Shown: one piece after another, positions 52,096 through 64,000 of the stretch
Layout: each line of letters begins with the position of its first letter
Position numbering within the stretch: position 1 is the stretch's first letter
Origin: Eledone cirrhosa
Lineage: Eukaryota
Assembly (NCBI GenBank): GCA_964016885.1
Contig: OZ024760.1
Span: forward strand, 8,494,001-8,558,000
Reading direction: 5' to 3'
Length of the DNA: 64,000 bases
The notes under the pieces: model-generated
Seen by the model: only the letters and a program-made list of their open reading frames with translations
The model's database searches: none
What the model was told of the DNA's origin: nothing
Program-made: the position numbers and the translations under genes

Positions 52096-55000
52096 CTACA
52101 ACAGTCAACAAAAGAAAACTTATTCTACAGTTATCTTTCACAAAAGCTATATACATTCTCAGTATTTTCACAAATAATTATATACACTCATTATACTGAA
52201 CACTATTTTCACAAATAATTATATACACTCTCTATACTGAACACTAGTTTCACAAATGATTATATACACTCTCTATACTGGACACTAGTTTCACAAATAG
52301 TTATATACACTCATTATACTGGACACTAGTTTCAGAAATAATTATATAAACTCATTATACTGGACACTAGTTTCAGAAATAGTTATATACACTCATTATA
52401 CTGGACACTATTTTCAGAAATAGTTATATACACTCATTATACTGGACATTATTTTCAGAAATAGTTATATACACTCATTATACTGGACACTATTTTCAGA
52501 AATAGTTATATACACTCATTATACTGGACACTAGTATCACAAATGATTATATACACTCTCTATACTGGACACTAGTTTCACAAATGATTATATACACTCT
52601 CTATACTGGACACTAGTATCACAAATAGTTATATACACTCTCTATACTGGATACTAGTATCACAAATAGTTATATACACTCTCTATACTGGATACTAGTA
52701 TCACAAATAGTTATATACACTCATTATACTGGACACTAGTTTCACAAATGATTATATACACTCATTATACTGGACACTAGTTTCACAAATAGTTATATAC
52801 ACTCATTATACTGGACACTATTTTCAGAAATAGTTATATACACTCATTATACTGGACACTATTTTCAGAAATAATTATATACACTCTCTATACTGGACAC
52901 TAGTTTCAGAAATAATTATATACACTCTCTATACTGGACACTAGTTTCACAAATAATTATATACACTCATTATACTGGACACTAGTTTCACAAATAATTA
53001 TATACACTCATTATACTGGACACTATTTTCAGAAATAGTTATATACACTCATTATACTGAACACTAGTTTCACAAATAATTATATACACTCACTATACTG
53101 GACACTATTTTCACAAATAATTATATACACTCACTATACTGGACACTATTTTCACAAATAATTATATACACTCACTATACTGGACACTAGTTTCACAAAT
53201 AATTATATACACTCATTATACTGGACACTATTTTCAGAAATAGTTATATACACTCATTATACTGAACACTAGTTTCACAAATAATTATATACACTCATTA
53301 TACTGGACACTATTTTCAGAAATAGTTATATACACTCTCTATACTGGACACTAGTTTCAGAAATAATTATATACACTCATTATACTAGACACTATTTTCA
53401 GAAATAGTTATATACACTCATTATACTGGACACTAGTTTCACAAATAGTTATATACACTCTCTATACTGGACACTAGTTTCACAAATAGTTATATACACT
53501 CATTATACTGGACACTATTTTCAGAAATAGTTATATACACTCATTATACTGGACACTAGTTTCACAAATAGTTATATACACTCATTATACTGGACACTAG
53601 TTTCACAAATAATTATATACACTCATTATACTGGTCACTATTTTCAGAAATAGTTATATACACTCATTATACTGGACACTAGTTTCACAAATAGCTATAT
53701 ACACTCTCTATACTGGACACTATTTTCACAAATAGCTATATACACTCACTATACTGGACACTATTTTCACAAATAGCTATATACACTCATTATACTGGAC
53801 ACTATTTTCACAAATAGCTATATACACTCATTATACTGGACACTATTTTCACAAATAGCTATATACACTCACTATACTGGACACTATTTTCACAAATAGC
53901 TATATACACTCACTATACTGGACACTATTTTCACAAATAGCTATATACACTCACTATACCAGCGGTCGCCAGCCTTTTGGACCTCATGGACCACTAATAG
54001 GAATTTTTTTAAAAAGATAAATACATTTGTAAAATAATGATCAGAGAACTTCCATTTTATTAAACAATACTGAAGCGTGCATGTGTCATATTGTTGACAG
54101 ATGATACATATGTGTAGGATTCTTTTGTGGATGTTAGTTCTTTACTGAGGAGAAACATTTTTTAGGGGTGTTTAAAATATATTTTGTATTTTATTGTTAA
54201 TAAAACATAAAAATTGCAAATAATGTCCACATTTTTCTGTGGACCACCAACATTTTCTCTCAGACCACTACTGGTCTGCTGACCATTTGTTGGAGACAGC
54301 TGCACTATACTACACGCTATTTTACAATCTATCTAAGGCGGGTAAAATTCCCAAGATCCATGGACGAGTTCTCTCCAGCGGTCTCTGTCCCTCATTATCG
54401 CTGCCATGTCCTGCGTCTCCAACAGACCAGTGTCTGTCCTTAGGGCATCAACATACGTTAACCTTGGTCTTCCTCTTCTAGTGTGTCCATGTAGGGGCTC
54501 CCACAGGAGCACTGAGTGCAATGTCAACTCTGGATGTCGGTGAGCATGTCCAGCCAACCTCAGTCTCCTCTGTGTCACTTTTGAACTGACTTTTGGGATG
54601 CTCCCATACAGCTCTGAGTTTTTCATCCTCAGTGTATACTGATTAATGTTCAGAGCCATCCTCAGCATTCTCGTGTAGCACCCATCCACCATCTGAGTGA
54701 GTTTCTTGGTCAGTGTACAATAACAACTATATATAACGGGTGTATATACAGAATAACTATATATAATGGGTGTATATACACAATAATTACTATATATACT
54801 GGCTGTATATATACACCATAACAACTATATATATTAGGTGTGTATATACATAACAACTATATATAATGAGTGTATATATATATATATATGACAAATATAT
54901 ATGTAAATATATACACAATAACTATAATGGGTGTATATACACAATATCTATATATAATGGATGTATATATACAAAAGCTACTATATATAACGTATGTATA

Positions 55001-58000
55001 TACACATTATTAATTATGTGTACATGCATATATGTATGATTATGTGCAGGTGTGTATGTGAGTGTGTATGTGTATAGGTGTATGTCTGTATGTATATAGG
55101 AGTTTGTATATATGTGTGTGTGTATGTGTGTATGTGTATGCATATGTATATTCGTGTTTGTGTCTGTGTATGTCTATGAGTATGTATGTGTTTGTGAGTA
55201 TAGCTGTGTATATAGGTGTTTATGTGTGTGTGTGTGTGTGTGTGTTTATGTCTATGTGTATGTATCTGTGTGTGTGTGTCAGTATATATATGTATGCCTA
55301 TGTGTATATAGGTGTGTGTGTGTGTCTGTACATATAAGTGTGTGTGTGTGTGTGTGTCTGTACATATAAGTGTGTGTGTGTAGGTTTATGTCTATGTGTA
55401 TGTATCTGTGTGTGTGTGTCAGTATATATATGTATGTCTATGTGTATATAGGTGCGTGTGTGTGTGTCTGTACATATAAGTGTGTGTGTGTATGTCTGTA
55501 TATATAGGTGTTTGTATGTGTGTGTGTGTGTATGTTTATGTCTATGTGTATGTATCTGTGTGTGTGTGTCAGTATATATATATATGTATGTCTATGTGTA
55601 TATAGGTGTGTGTGTGTGTGTGTCTGTACACATAAGTGTGTGTGTGTGTGTGTTTGTATGTGTGTATAATGTATGAGTATGTGTACTATCATCATCATCA
55701 TCATCATCATCGTTTAACGCCCATCTTCCACGCTAGCATGGGTTAGACGGGAATTGTCCCACTTGAGGCAAGATTGGTCGGGTGACCGTGTCTCGCTCGT
55801 ATAGGACTGTTTCTGGCAGGTTTTCTACGGCTGGATGCCCTTCCTAACACCAACCACATTTACAGTGTGGACTGGGAGGTTTTTACCATGTTTCCTACAC
55901 GACCACTTTAAAGCATATTGTGACTCCTGTGTGTGTGTGTGTGTATGTGTGTATGTGTATGTGTGTATGTGTAAGTAGGTGTAAGTATAAAACAATAGGT
56001 ACGGTTGAATTAATATATTCCATAGACAAAGAAGAAAAACCCCAAATTTTACCAGAAATAAAGAATTTGTGTGGTTTCTGTTGTTTAGTTAAGAATATAG
56101 AGAAAACTAATTTTGTGATGACAGGAGACACCCCAAGACTGTAGTGGTGTGTTGTGATGACAGGAGACACCCCAAGACTGTAGTGGTGTGTTGTGATGAC
56201 AGGAGACACCCCAAGACTGTAGTGGTGTGTTTTGATGACAGGAGACACCCCAAGACTGTAGTGGTGTGTTGTGATGACAGGAGACACCCCAAGACTGTAG
56301 TGGTGTGTTGTGATGACAGGAGACACCCCAAGACTGTAGTGGTGTGTTGTGATGACAGGAGACACCCCAAGACTGTAGTGGTGTGTTTTGATGACAGGAG
56401 ACACCCCAAGACTGTAGTGGTGTGTTGTGATGACAGGAGACACCCCAAGACTGTAGTGGTGTGTTGTGATGACAGGAGACACCCCAAGACTGCAGTGGTG
56501 TGTTGTGATGACAGGGGACACCCCAAGACTGTAGTGGTGTGTTTTGATGACAGGAGACACCCCAAGACTGTAGTGGTGTGTTGTGATGACAGGAGACACC
56601 CCAAGACTGCAGTGGTGTGTTGTGATGACAGGAGACACCCCAAGACTGTAGTGGTGTGTTGTGATGACAGGAGACACCCCAAGACTGCAGTGGTGTGTTG
56701 TGATGACAGGAGACACCCCAAGACTGTAGTGGTGTGTTGTGATGACAGGAGACACCCCAAGACTGTAGTGGTGTGTTGTGATGACAGGAGACACTCCAAG
56801 ACTGCAGTGGTGTGTTGTGATGACAGGAGACACCCCAAGACTGTAGTGGTGTGTTGTGATGACAGGAGACACCCCAAGACTGTAGTGGTGTGTTGTGATG
56901 ACAGGAGACACCCCAAGACTGCAGTGGTGTATTGTGATGACAGGAGACACCCCAAGACTGTAGTGGTGTGTTGTGATGACAGGAGACACCCCAAGACTGT
57001 AGTGGTGTGTTGTGATGACAAGAGACACCCCAAGACTGTAGTGGTGTGTTGTGATGACAGGAGACACCCCAAGACTGTAGTGGTGTGTTGTGATGACAGG
57101 AGACACCCCAAGACTGTAGTGGTGTGTTGTGATGACAGGAGACACCCCAAGACTGTAGTGGTGTGTTGTGATGACAAGAGACACCCCAAGACTGTAGTGG
57201 CGTTTGTGATGACAGGAGACACTCCAAGACTGTAGTGGTGTGTTGTGATGACAGGAGACACCCCAAGACTGTAGTGGTGTGTTTTGATGACAGGAGACAC
57301 CCCAAGACTGTAGTGGTGTGTTGTGATGACAGGGGACACCCCAAGACTGTAGTGGTGTGTTGTGATGACAAGAGACACCCCAAAACTGTAGTGGTGTGTT
57401 GTGATGACAGGAGACACCCCAAGACTGCAGTGGTGTGTTGTGATGACAAGAGACACCCCAAGACTGTAGTGGTGTGTTGTGATGACAAGAGACACCCCAA
57501 GACTGTAGTGGTGTGTTGTGATGACAGGGGACATCCCAAGACTGTAGTGGTGTTTAGTGGTGTGTTGTGATGCCAAGAGATAGTAATGGTGTTTAGTTAG
57601 GTAATGTAACTAACCATAAAGGAATTTGTATTAAACATACTTCTTCATTATTTTTCTTAAGCAAAAGCAAGTACAAAGGACACCAATGACAATACCGATC
57701 AGGAGACACAATATGGTCGCCAACGCTAGAATGCCTGTCATGTCTGAAAAATAAATGAAAAATATGTAAATATATAACAATTTGAGCTAGATACTTATTG
57801 TTGCAGGAAAAGATTCTAGCTGTTGTGAAATATGAACTAACAATCAGTTGCTCTGTGGTTTAGCAGTTTAACTATTGACATCCTGTACCAGATGAAACCA
57901 CATTAATAAGACATTCTTGAAATGTATAAGATACACAGGACTTGAGTCAACCTGAAGTTGTGGTAAAATACACCAGACTTGAGCCAACCTGGTGTTATGG

Positions 58001-61000
58001 TAAAATATATCAGACTTGAGCCAAGCTGGTTTTATGGTAAAATCCACCAGACTTGAACCTACTTGGTGTTATGGTAAAATACATCTAACTTGAGCCAACC
58101 CGGTGTTATGGTAAAAGAGACCTGAGTCAAACTGATGTTATGGTAAAATATATAAGACTTGAGTCAACCTGATGTTATGGTAAAATATATTAGACTTGAG
58201 TCAACCTGATGTTATGGTTAAATAGACTTGAGCCAACCTGTTGTTATGGTAAAATATATCAGACTTGAGCCAACCCAGTGTTATGGGAAAATAGACTTGA
58301 GTTAATCTGATGTTGAGCCAAACTGGTGTAAAATAAATTTGCTCCACTGTGCAATAGAACCCTGAATCTCATGAATATGAAACAAACTTCTTAACTATTT
58401 AGTTTAAATTCTGTGTTTGCAGTAAAGTGACTTTAATGGTGTCTACCTGAACAGCACACCTCATGTTAATGTAATAAATGTTGAAGGTAAAACATTGTAA
58501 GATGAGGATGGGTCAGGTGTGGTATAATAGGGATGTTTGTGAGGGTAGGTGTGGTATAATAGGGAACTATCTGGTGGTAGGTGTGGTATAATAGGGAACT
58601 ATCTGGTGGTAGGTGTGGTATAATAGGGAACTATCTGGTGATAGGTGTGGTATAATAGGGAACTATCTGGTGGTAGGTGTAATATAATAGGGAACTATCT
58701 GGTGATAGGTGTAATATAATAGGGAACTATCTGGTGGTAGGTGTGGTATAATAGGGAACTATCTGGTGGTAGGTGTGGTATAATAGGGAACTATCTGGTG
58801 GTAGGTGTAGTATAATAGGGAACTATCTGGTGGTAGGTGTGGTATAATAGGGAACTATCTGGTGGTAGGTGTAATATAATAGGGAACTATCTGGTGGTAG
58901 GTGTGGTATAATAGGGAACTATCTGGTGGTAGGTGTGGTATAATAGGGAACTATCTGGTGATAGGTGTGGTATAATAGGGAACTATCTGGTGGTAGGTGT
59001 GGTATAATAGGGAACTATTTGGTGGTAGGTGTGGTATAATAGGGAACTATCTGGTGGTAGGTGTGGTATAATAGGGAACTATCTGGTGGTAGGTGTAGTA
59101 TAATAGGGAACTATCTGGTGGTAGGTATGGTATAATAGGGAACTATCTGGTGATAGGTGTGGTATAATAGGGAACTATCTGGTGGTAGGTGTAATATAAT
59201 AGGGAACTATCTGGTGATAGGTGTAATATAATAGGGAACTATCTGGTGGTAGGTGTGGTATAATAGGGAACTATCTGGTGGTAGGTGTGGTATAATAGGG
59301 AACTATCTGGTGGTAGGTGTGGTATAATAGGGAACTATCTGGTGGTAGGTGTAATATAATAGGGAACTATCTGGTGATAGGTGTAATATAATAGGGAACT
59401 ATCTGGTGGTAGGTGTGGTATAATAGGGAACTATCTGGTGGTAGGTGTGGTATAATAGGGAACTATCTGGTGGTAGGTGTAGTATAATAGGGAACTATCT
59501 GGTGGTAGGTGTGGTATAATAGGGAACTATCTGGTGGTAGGTGTAATATAATAGGGAACTATCTGGTGGTAGGTGTGGTATAATAGGGAACTATCTGGTG
59601 GTAGGTGTAATATAATAGGGAACTATCTGGTGATAGGTGTAATATAATAGGGAACTATCTGGTGGTAGGTGTGGTATAATAGGGAACTATCTGGTGGTAG
59701 GTGTGGTATAATAGGGAACTATCTGGTGGTAGGTGTAGTATAATAGGGAACTATCTGGTGGTAGGTGTGGTATAATAGGGAACTATCTGGTGGTAGGTGT
59801 AATATAATAGGGAACTATCTGGTGGTAGGTGTGGTATAATAGGGAACTATCTGGTGATAGGTGTGGTATAATAGGGAACTATTTGGTGGTAGGTGTGGTA
59901 TAATAGGGAACTATCTGGTGATAGGTGTGGTATAATAGGGAACTATCTGGTGGTAGGTGTGGTATAATAGGGAACTATCTGGTGGTAGGTGTGGTATAAT
60001 AGGGAACTATCTGGTGGTAGGTGTGGTATAATAGGGAACTATCTGGTGATAGGTGTGGTATAATAGGGAACTATCTGGTGGTAGGTGTGGTATAATAGGG
60101 AACTATCTGGTGGTAGGTGTGGTATAATAGGGAACTATCTGGTGGTAGGTGTGGTATAATAGGGAACTATCTGGTGGTAGGTGTGGTATAATAGGGAACT
60201 ATCTGGTGGTAGGTGTGGTATAATAGGGAACTATCTGGTGGTAGGTGTGGTATAATAGGGAACTATTTGGTGGTAGGTGTGGTATAATAGGGAACTATCT
60301 GGTGATAGGTGTGGTATAATAGGGAACTATCTGGTGGTAGGTGTGGTATAATAGGGAACTATCTGGTGGTAGGTGTGGTATAATAGGGAACTATCTGGTG
60401 GTAGGTGTGGTATAATAGGGAACTATCTGGTGGTAGGTGTGGTATAATAGGGAACTATCTGGTGATAGGTGTGGTATAATAGGGAACTATCTGGTGATAG
60501 GTGTGGTATAATAGGGATTTTTGTGGGGGTAGGTGTGGAATAATAGGGGCCTATCTGGGGGTAGGTGTAGTATAATAGGGATCTTTGTGGGGGTAGGTGT
60601 GGAATAATAGGGGCCTATCTGGGGGTAGGTGTAGTATAATAGGGATCTTTGTGGGGGTAGGTGTGGAATAATAGGGGCCTATCTGGGGGTAGGTGTAGTA
60701 TAATAGGGATCTTTGTGGGGGTAGGTGTGGAATAATAGGGGCCTATCTGGGGGTAGGTGTAGTATAATAGGGATCTTTGTGGGGGTAGGTGTGGAATAAT
60801 AGGGGCCTATCTGGGGGTAGGTGTAGTATAATAGGGATCTTTGTGGGGGTAGGTGTGGAATAATAGGGGCCTATCTGGGGGTAGGTGTAGTATAATAGGG
60901 ATCTTTGTGGGGGTAGGTGTGGAATAATAGGGGCCTATCTGGGGGTAGGTGTAGTATAATAGGGATCTTTGTGGGGGTAGGTGTAGTATAATAGGGAACT

Positions 61001-63158
61001 ATCTGGGGGTAGGTGTGGTATAATAGGGGCCTATCTGGTGGTAGGTGTAGTATAATAGGGGCCTATCTGGGGATATGTGTGGTATAATAGGGGCCTATCT
61101 GGGGGTGTGTGTGGTATAATAGGGGCCTATCTGAGGGTAGGTGTAGTATAATAGGGGCCTATCTGGGGGTATGTGTGGTATAATAGGGAACTATCTGGTG
61201 GTAGGTGTAGTATAATAGGGGCCTATCTGGGGGTATGTGTGGTATAATAGGGGCCTATCTGGGGGTAGGTGTAGTATAATAGGGGCCTATCTGGGGGTAT
61301 GTGTGGTATAATACAGACCTTTCTGGATGCAGGGAAGTTGATCAACTCTGACGATCCACATACCAGATATGTTGACATTCGAATCTGTGAGGATATCATT
61401 GGGTTTTGGGCCAGACAACATTAAATAGCTGTTACCATTACCACCATCATAACCAGCCTGAAATATAGAGCAGTATCTCATATTATAGAACATATATAAT
61501 TATTAATCATCATTATTACCACCGGTATCGGTAGAGGGTCGGACGCCATACTTGGCAGCATAGAGTTACGTCCCTTTACAGACTGAGTTCAAATCCCGCT
61601 GAGGTTAACTTTGCCTTTCATCCTTACAGGGTCGATAAAATAAAGTACCAGTAATGTACTGGGGTAATTGCTGGCCTTGTGCCTAATGTTGAAACAATTA
61701 TTACCACCACCACCACCACCACCACCACCGCCACCGCCACCACCACCGCCATCACAACCACACACCATCGCTGCCGCCACCACCACTAACATCAGTAACA
61801 CCACCACCACCACCACCACCACCACCACTACTCCCACCACCACCACCACTACCACCACCACCACCACCACCACCACCACCATTAGAAAGCAAAAGAATAA
61901 TAATAATAATAATTGTTTCTACTTTTGGCACATGGCCAGCAATTACACCAGTAGATTACTGGTACTTTATTTTATCGACCCCCGTAAGGATGAAAGGCAA
62001 AGTCAACCTCGGTGGGATTTGAACTCAGATCGTAAAGGGCCGTAACTCTATGCGTCAAAGCATGGCGTCCGACCCTCTACCGATACTGCCAATCCACCAA
62101 CAATAATAATAAGAATAACTTACTACAGCTGTGGAAGTGCTGTTGGTGTCTGGCATGTGTCTCCAGTCTCCCCAGTCTAGTTTCTCATACTTCAAGATGA
62201 GATATGTTCTGTCCTCCATCGAGACAAGCATTGACTGGAATGTGTTTTTAGCGGACATCTTGGTAAAACAAATAGAGAAAGAATTACTATTAATACTACC
62301 ACCGATACCACCACTAATACCACCACCGATACCACCACCAATACTACCAATACTACCACCGATACCACCACTAATACCACCACCGATACCACCACTAATA
62401 CCACCACCGATACTACCACCAATACCACCACCAATACCACACTAATACCACCACCGATACCACCACTAATACCACCACCGATACCACCACTAATACCACC
62501 ACTAATACCACCACCAATACTACCACCGATACCACCACTAATACCACCACCAATACCACCACCAATACTACCAATACTACCACCGATACCACCACTAATA
62601 CCACCACCGATACCACCACTAATACCACCACCAATACTACCACCAATACTACCACCGATACCACCACTAATACCACCACCGATACCACCACTAATACCAC
62701 CACCAATACCACCACCAATACTACCACCAATACCACCACCAATACCACCACCAATACCACCACTAATACCACCACCGATACCACCACCAATACCACCACC
62801 ACCACCACTAACAACAACAACAACAACAAGAGGCTACACAAATCTGCTGGCTTACTGTACTTACTGAATTGTTATAAGATATGTCTTCCCAAGTTACAAA
62901 TAAAACATGTTTCACTGTCTTTTGTTCTACCGAAGGAAAAACATAGCTGATGAGTTGGTGAAAGTTTGCAAGATACGTTCGGTTGGTCACCTCTTTAAAC
63001 CATATAGTCCCATTGTTGGTGAGGGCAGGTTCGGTCCAGTAAGCTGCCACAAATGGAATGGACTGAACCAATGGAAGAACTTGTGGTTTCATATTGTCTA
63101 GATGCAGTTCAGGATCTTTGGAACTTTCCAGAAATCTGAGGAGTCCATTTTCCAATAT
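51876..63158 (-). CDS. NIDO-domain single-pass membrane protein (alpha-tectorin/SNED1-like NIDO), 3' five exons; 5' end outside window
   Basis: join(62865-63158,62124-62258,61319-61457,57641-57743,51876-52095); phases 0,0,1,2 consistent; NIDO motifs ENGLL.F, FVAAYW, G.IWF, LFVTW, NTFQ.ML, Y..LDW, AGYDGG, SNVNISGMWIVRVD; then a TM helix and a cytoplasmic tail. Confidence 0.85.
52160..53959. repeat. 41-bp minisatellite (TTCACAAATAATTATATACACTCATTATACTGGACACTAGT), ~44 copies
   Basis: Period 41 (52167, 52208...). Confidence 0.95.
53960..54302. mobile_element. hAT (Charlie/MER20-like) MITE
   Basis: TIRs CAGCGGTCGCCAGCC / TGTTGGAGACAGCTG; perfect TSD CACTATAC. Confidence 0.85.
54325..54720 (-). 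mobile_element. RTE-like LINE C-terminal fragment
   Basis: TLTKKL..MVDGCYTRMLRMALNI...QRRLRLAGHAHRH...VLLWEP.HG..RRGRP..TY.D.L. Confidence 0.88.
56113..57575. repeat. 39-bp minisatellite (GTGATGACAGGAGACACCCCAAGACTGTAGTGGTGTGTT), ~37 copies
   Basis: Period 39; gives the 13-aa repeat pseudo-ORFs. Confidence 0.95.
57641..57743 (-). CDS. NIDO-TM gene transmembrane exon (MTGILALATILCLLIGIVIGVLCTCFCLRKIMK)
   Basis: tttttcag acceptor, GTATGT donor; hydrophobic helix followed by a Cys cluster and basic residues. Confidence 0.82.
57938..58330. repeat. Degenerate ~37-bp tandem repeat (AGACTTGAGCCAACCTGGTGTTATGGTAAAATATATC), ~10 copies
   Basis: Direct reading. Confidence 0.85.
58515..61312. repeat. 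32-bp minisatellite (AGGTGTGGTATAATAGGGAACTATCTGGTGGT), ~87 copies
   Basis: Period 32 (58561, 58593...); 64-bp dimeric variant block at ~60510-60990. Confidence 0.95.
61319..61457 (-). CDS. NIDO-TM gene exon (AGYDGGNGNSY...SNVNISGMWIVRVDQLPCIQK)
   Basis: atttcag acceptor, GTCTGT donor; NIDO C-terminal motif. Confidence 0.88.
61525..62098. mobile_element. Two inverted tRNA-SINE copies (61525-61702 +, 61909-62098 -)
   Basis: Family sequence, separated by (CCA)n. Confidence 0.85.
62124..62258 (-). CDS. NIDO-TM gene exon (MSAKNTFQSMLVS...YEKLDWGD...STAV)
   Basis: ttttaccaag acceptor, GTAAGT donor, 135 nt. Confidence 0.88.
62290..62830. repeat. 12-bp-type repeat (ATACCACCAC[C/T][A/G])
   Basis: Direct reading. 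Confidence 0.9.
62865..63158 (-). CDS. NIDO-TM gene exon (ILENGLLRF...FVAAYW...LFVTWEDISYNNS)
   Basis: tctctgtag acceptor, GTAAGT donor (alternative GTAAGC 9 nt further). Confidence 0.88.
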
Positions 63159-63477
63159 CTACAGAGATATAAGTGATAAACATTTTGGCTGTTAACCCTT
63201 TTGCAATTGCATTACTCTATATATACTACTAAGGCGGCGAATTGACAAAGTCATTAGAACATCGGATGTTTATGGTATTTGTTCCAGTTCTCTGACAATA
63301 AGGAGTGCAGGACTGCATCCAGAATATATTTTTTACCCCGTTTGTAAAATAAGTTGGATTACTTTGAATAAATAATGAATGAATATTACATAATTTATCT
63401 ACTAAATTTCATGGCTGTTGATTAAATATATTTTATAGCTTATTTAAAGATTCACATCTGCTAGTATTAATAATAAT

Positions 63478-63593
63478 AATTGTTTCTACTTTTGGCACAA
63501 GGCCAGCAATTATCCAAGTGTATTACTGGTACTTTATTTTATCAACCCCGTAAGGATGAAAGGCAAAGTTAACCACGGCGGGATTTGAACTCA
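63478..63593 (-). mobile_element. tRNA-SINE, 5'-truncated
   Basis: Family core present. Confidence 0.82.
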
Positions 63594-64000
63594 AGGAGTC
63601 CAGTTTCCAATATCTACAGAGATATAAGTGATAAACATTTTGGCTGTTAACCCTTTTGCATTTACATTACTCTATATATACTACTAAGGCAGCGAATTGA
63701 CAAAGTCATTAGAACATTGGATGTTTATGGTATTTGTTCCGGTTCTCTGACAAGCGGTTGCAATAATCTTAGCAGAGTTTGCAGCTATCATCATGATCAT
63801 CATCATCATCACCGTTTAACGTCCATCTTCCACGGTTGCATGGGTTTGGACGGGAATTTTCCCACTTGAGGCAAGATTGGTCGTCTTGCTCGTATAAGAC
63901 TGTCTGGCGGGTTTTCTACGGCTGGATGCCCTTCCTAACACCAACACGGCCACATTACAGCGTGGACTGTTGTGTGTTTTTTTGTCGTGACACCTTCACG

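Noticed and set aside
56053-56077. Possible 25-nt micro-exon of the NIDO gene (cag|AAACCACAC..CTG|gtaaaa)
   Set aside because: Would break the phase with the terminal exon; direct 57641->52095 splicing is in frame.
55895-57576. 13-aa repeat proteins (VITTHHYSLGVSP etc.)
   Set aside because: 39-bp intronic minisatellite; period divisible by 3 and open in several frames.

Overview
Repeat-dense, intron-rich animal DNA. The (TA)n/(CA)n/(CATA)n load, the tRNA-derived SINE family and the LINE mix suggest a coleoid cephalopod, probably Octopus (inference). Two spliced genes could be reconstructed by hand, both on the minus strand. One is a complete 6-exon CFAP299 (C4orf22) orthologue (44621-27484, 233 aa). 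The other is the 3' five exons of a NIDO-domain single-pass membrane protein (63158-51876). The rest is SINEs, LINE fragments (RTE, L1/Tx1, CR1/L2, RLE-type), hAT and piggyBac-like MITEs with target-site duplications, and many mini/microsatellites. Almost all long ORFs in the track are simple-repeat artefacts. The most striking hidden signal lies between ~2.5 and 43.3 kb: about 25 type I hammerhead-ribozyme folds from roughly 14 unrelated short elements. Nearly all sit in (TA)n tracts and many occur in fold-back palindromes. A decayed Penelope-type GIY-YIG endonuclease lies among them. They include a 591-bp tandem-plus-inverted array with a U3-A8 covariant core, a family fixed for a U4A core, and a recurrent U.U pair at the base of stem II. 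All folds were made by eye and none is shown to be active.
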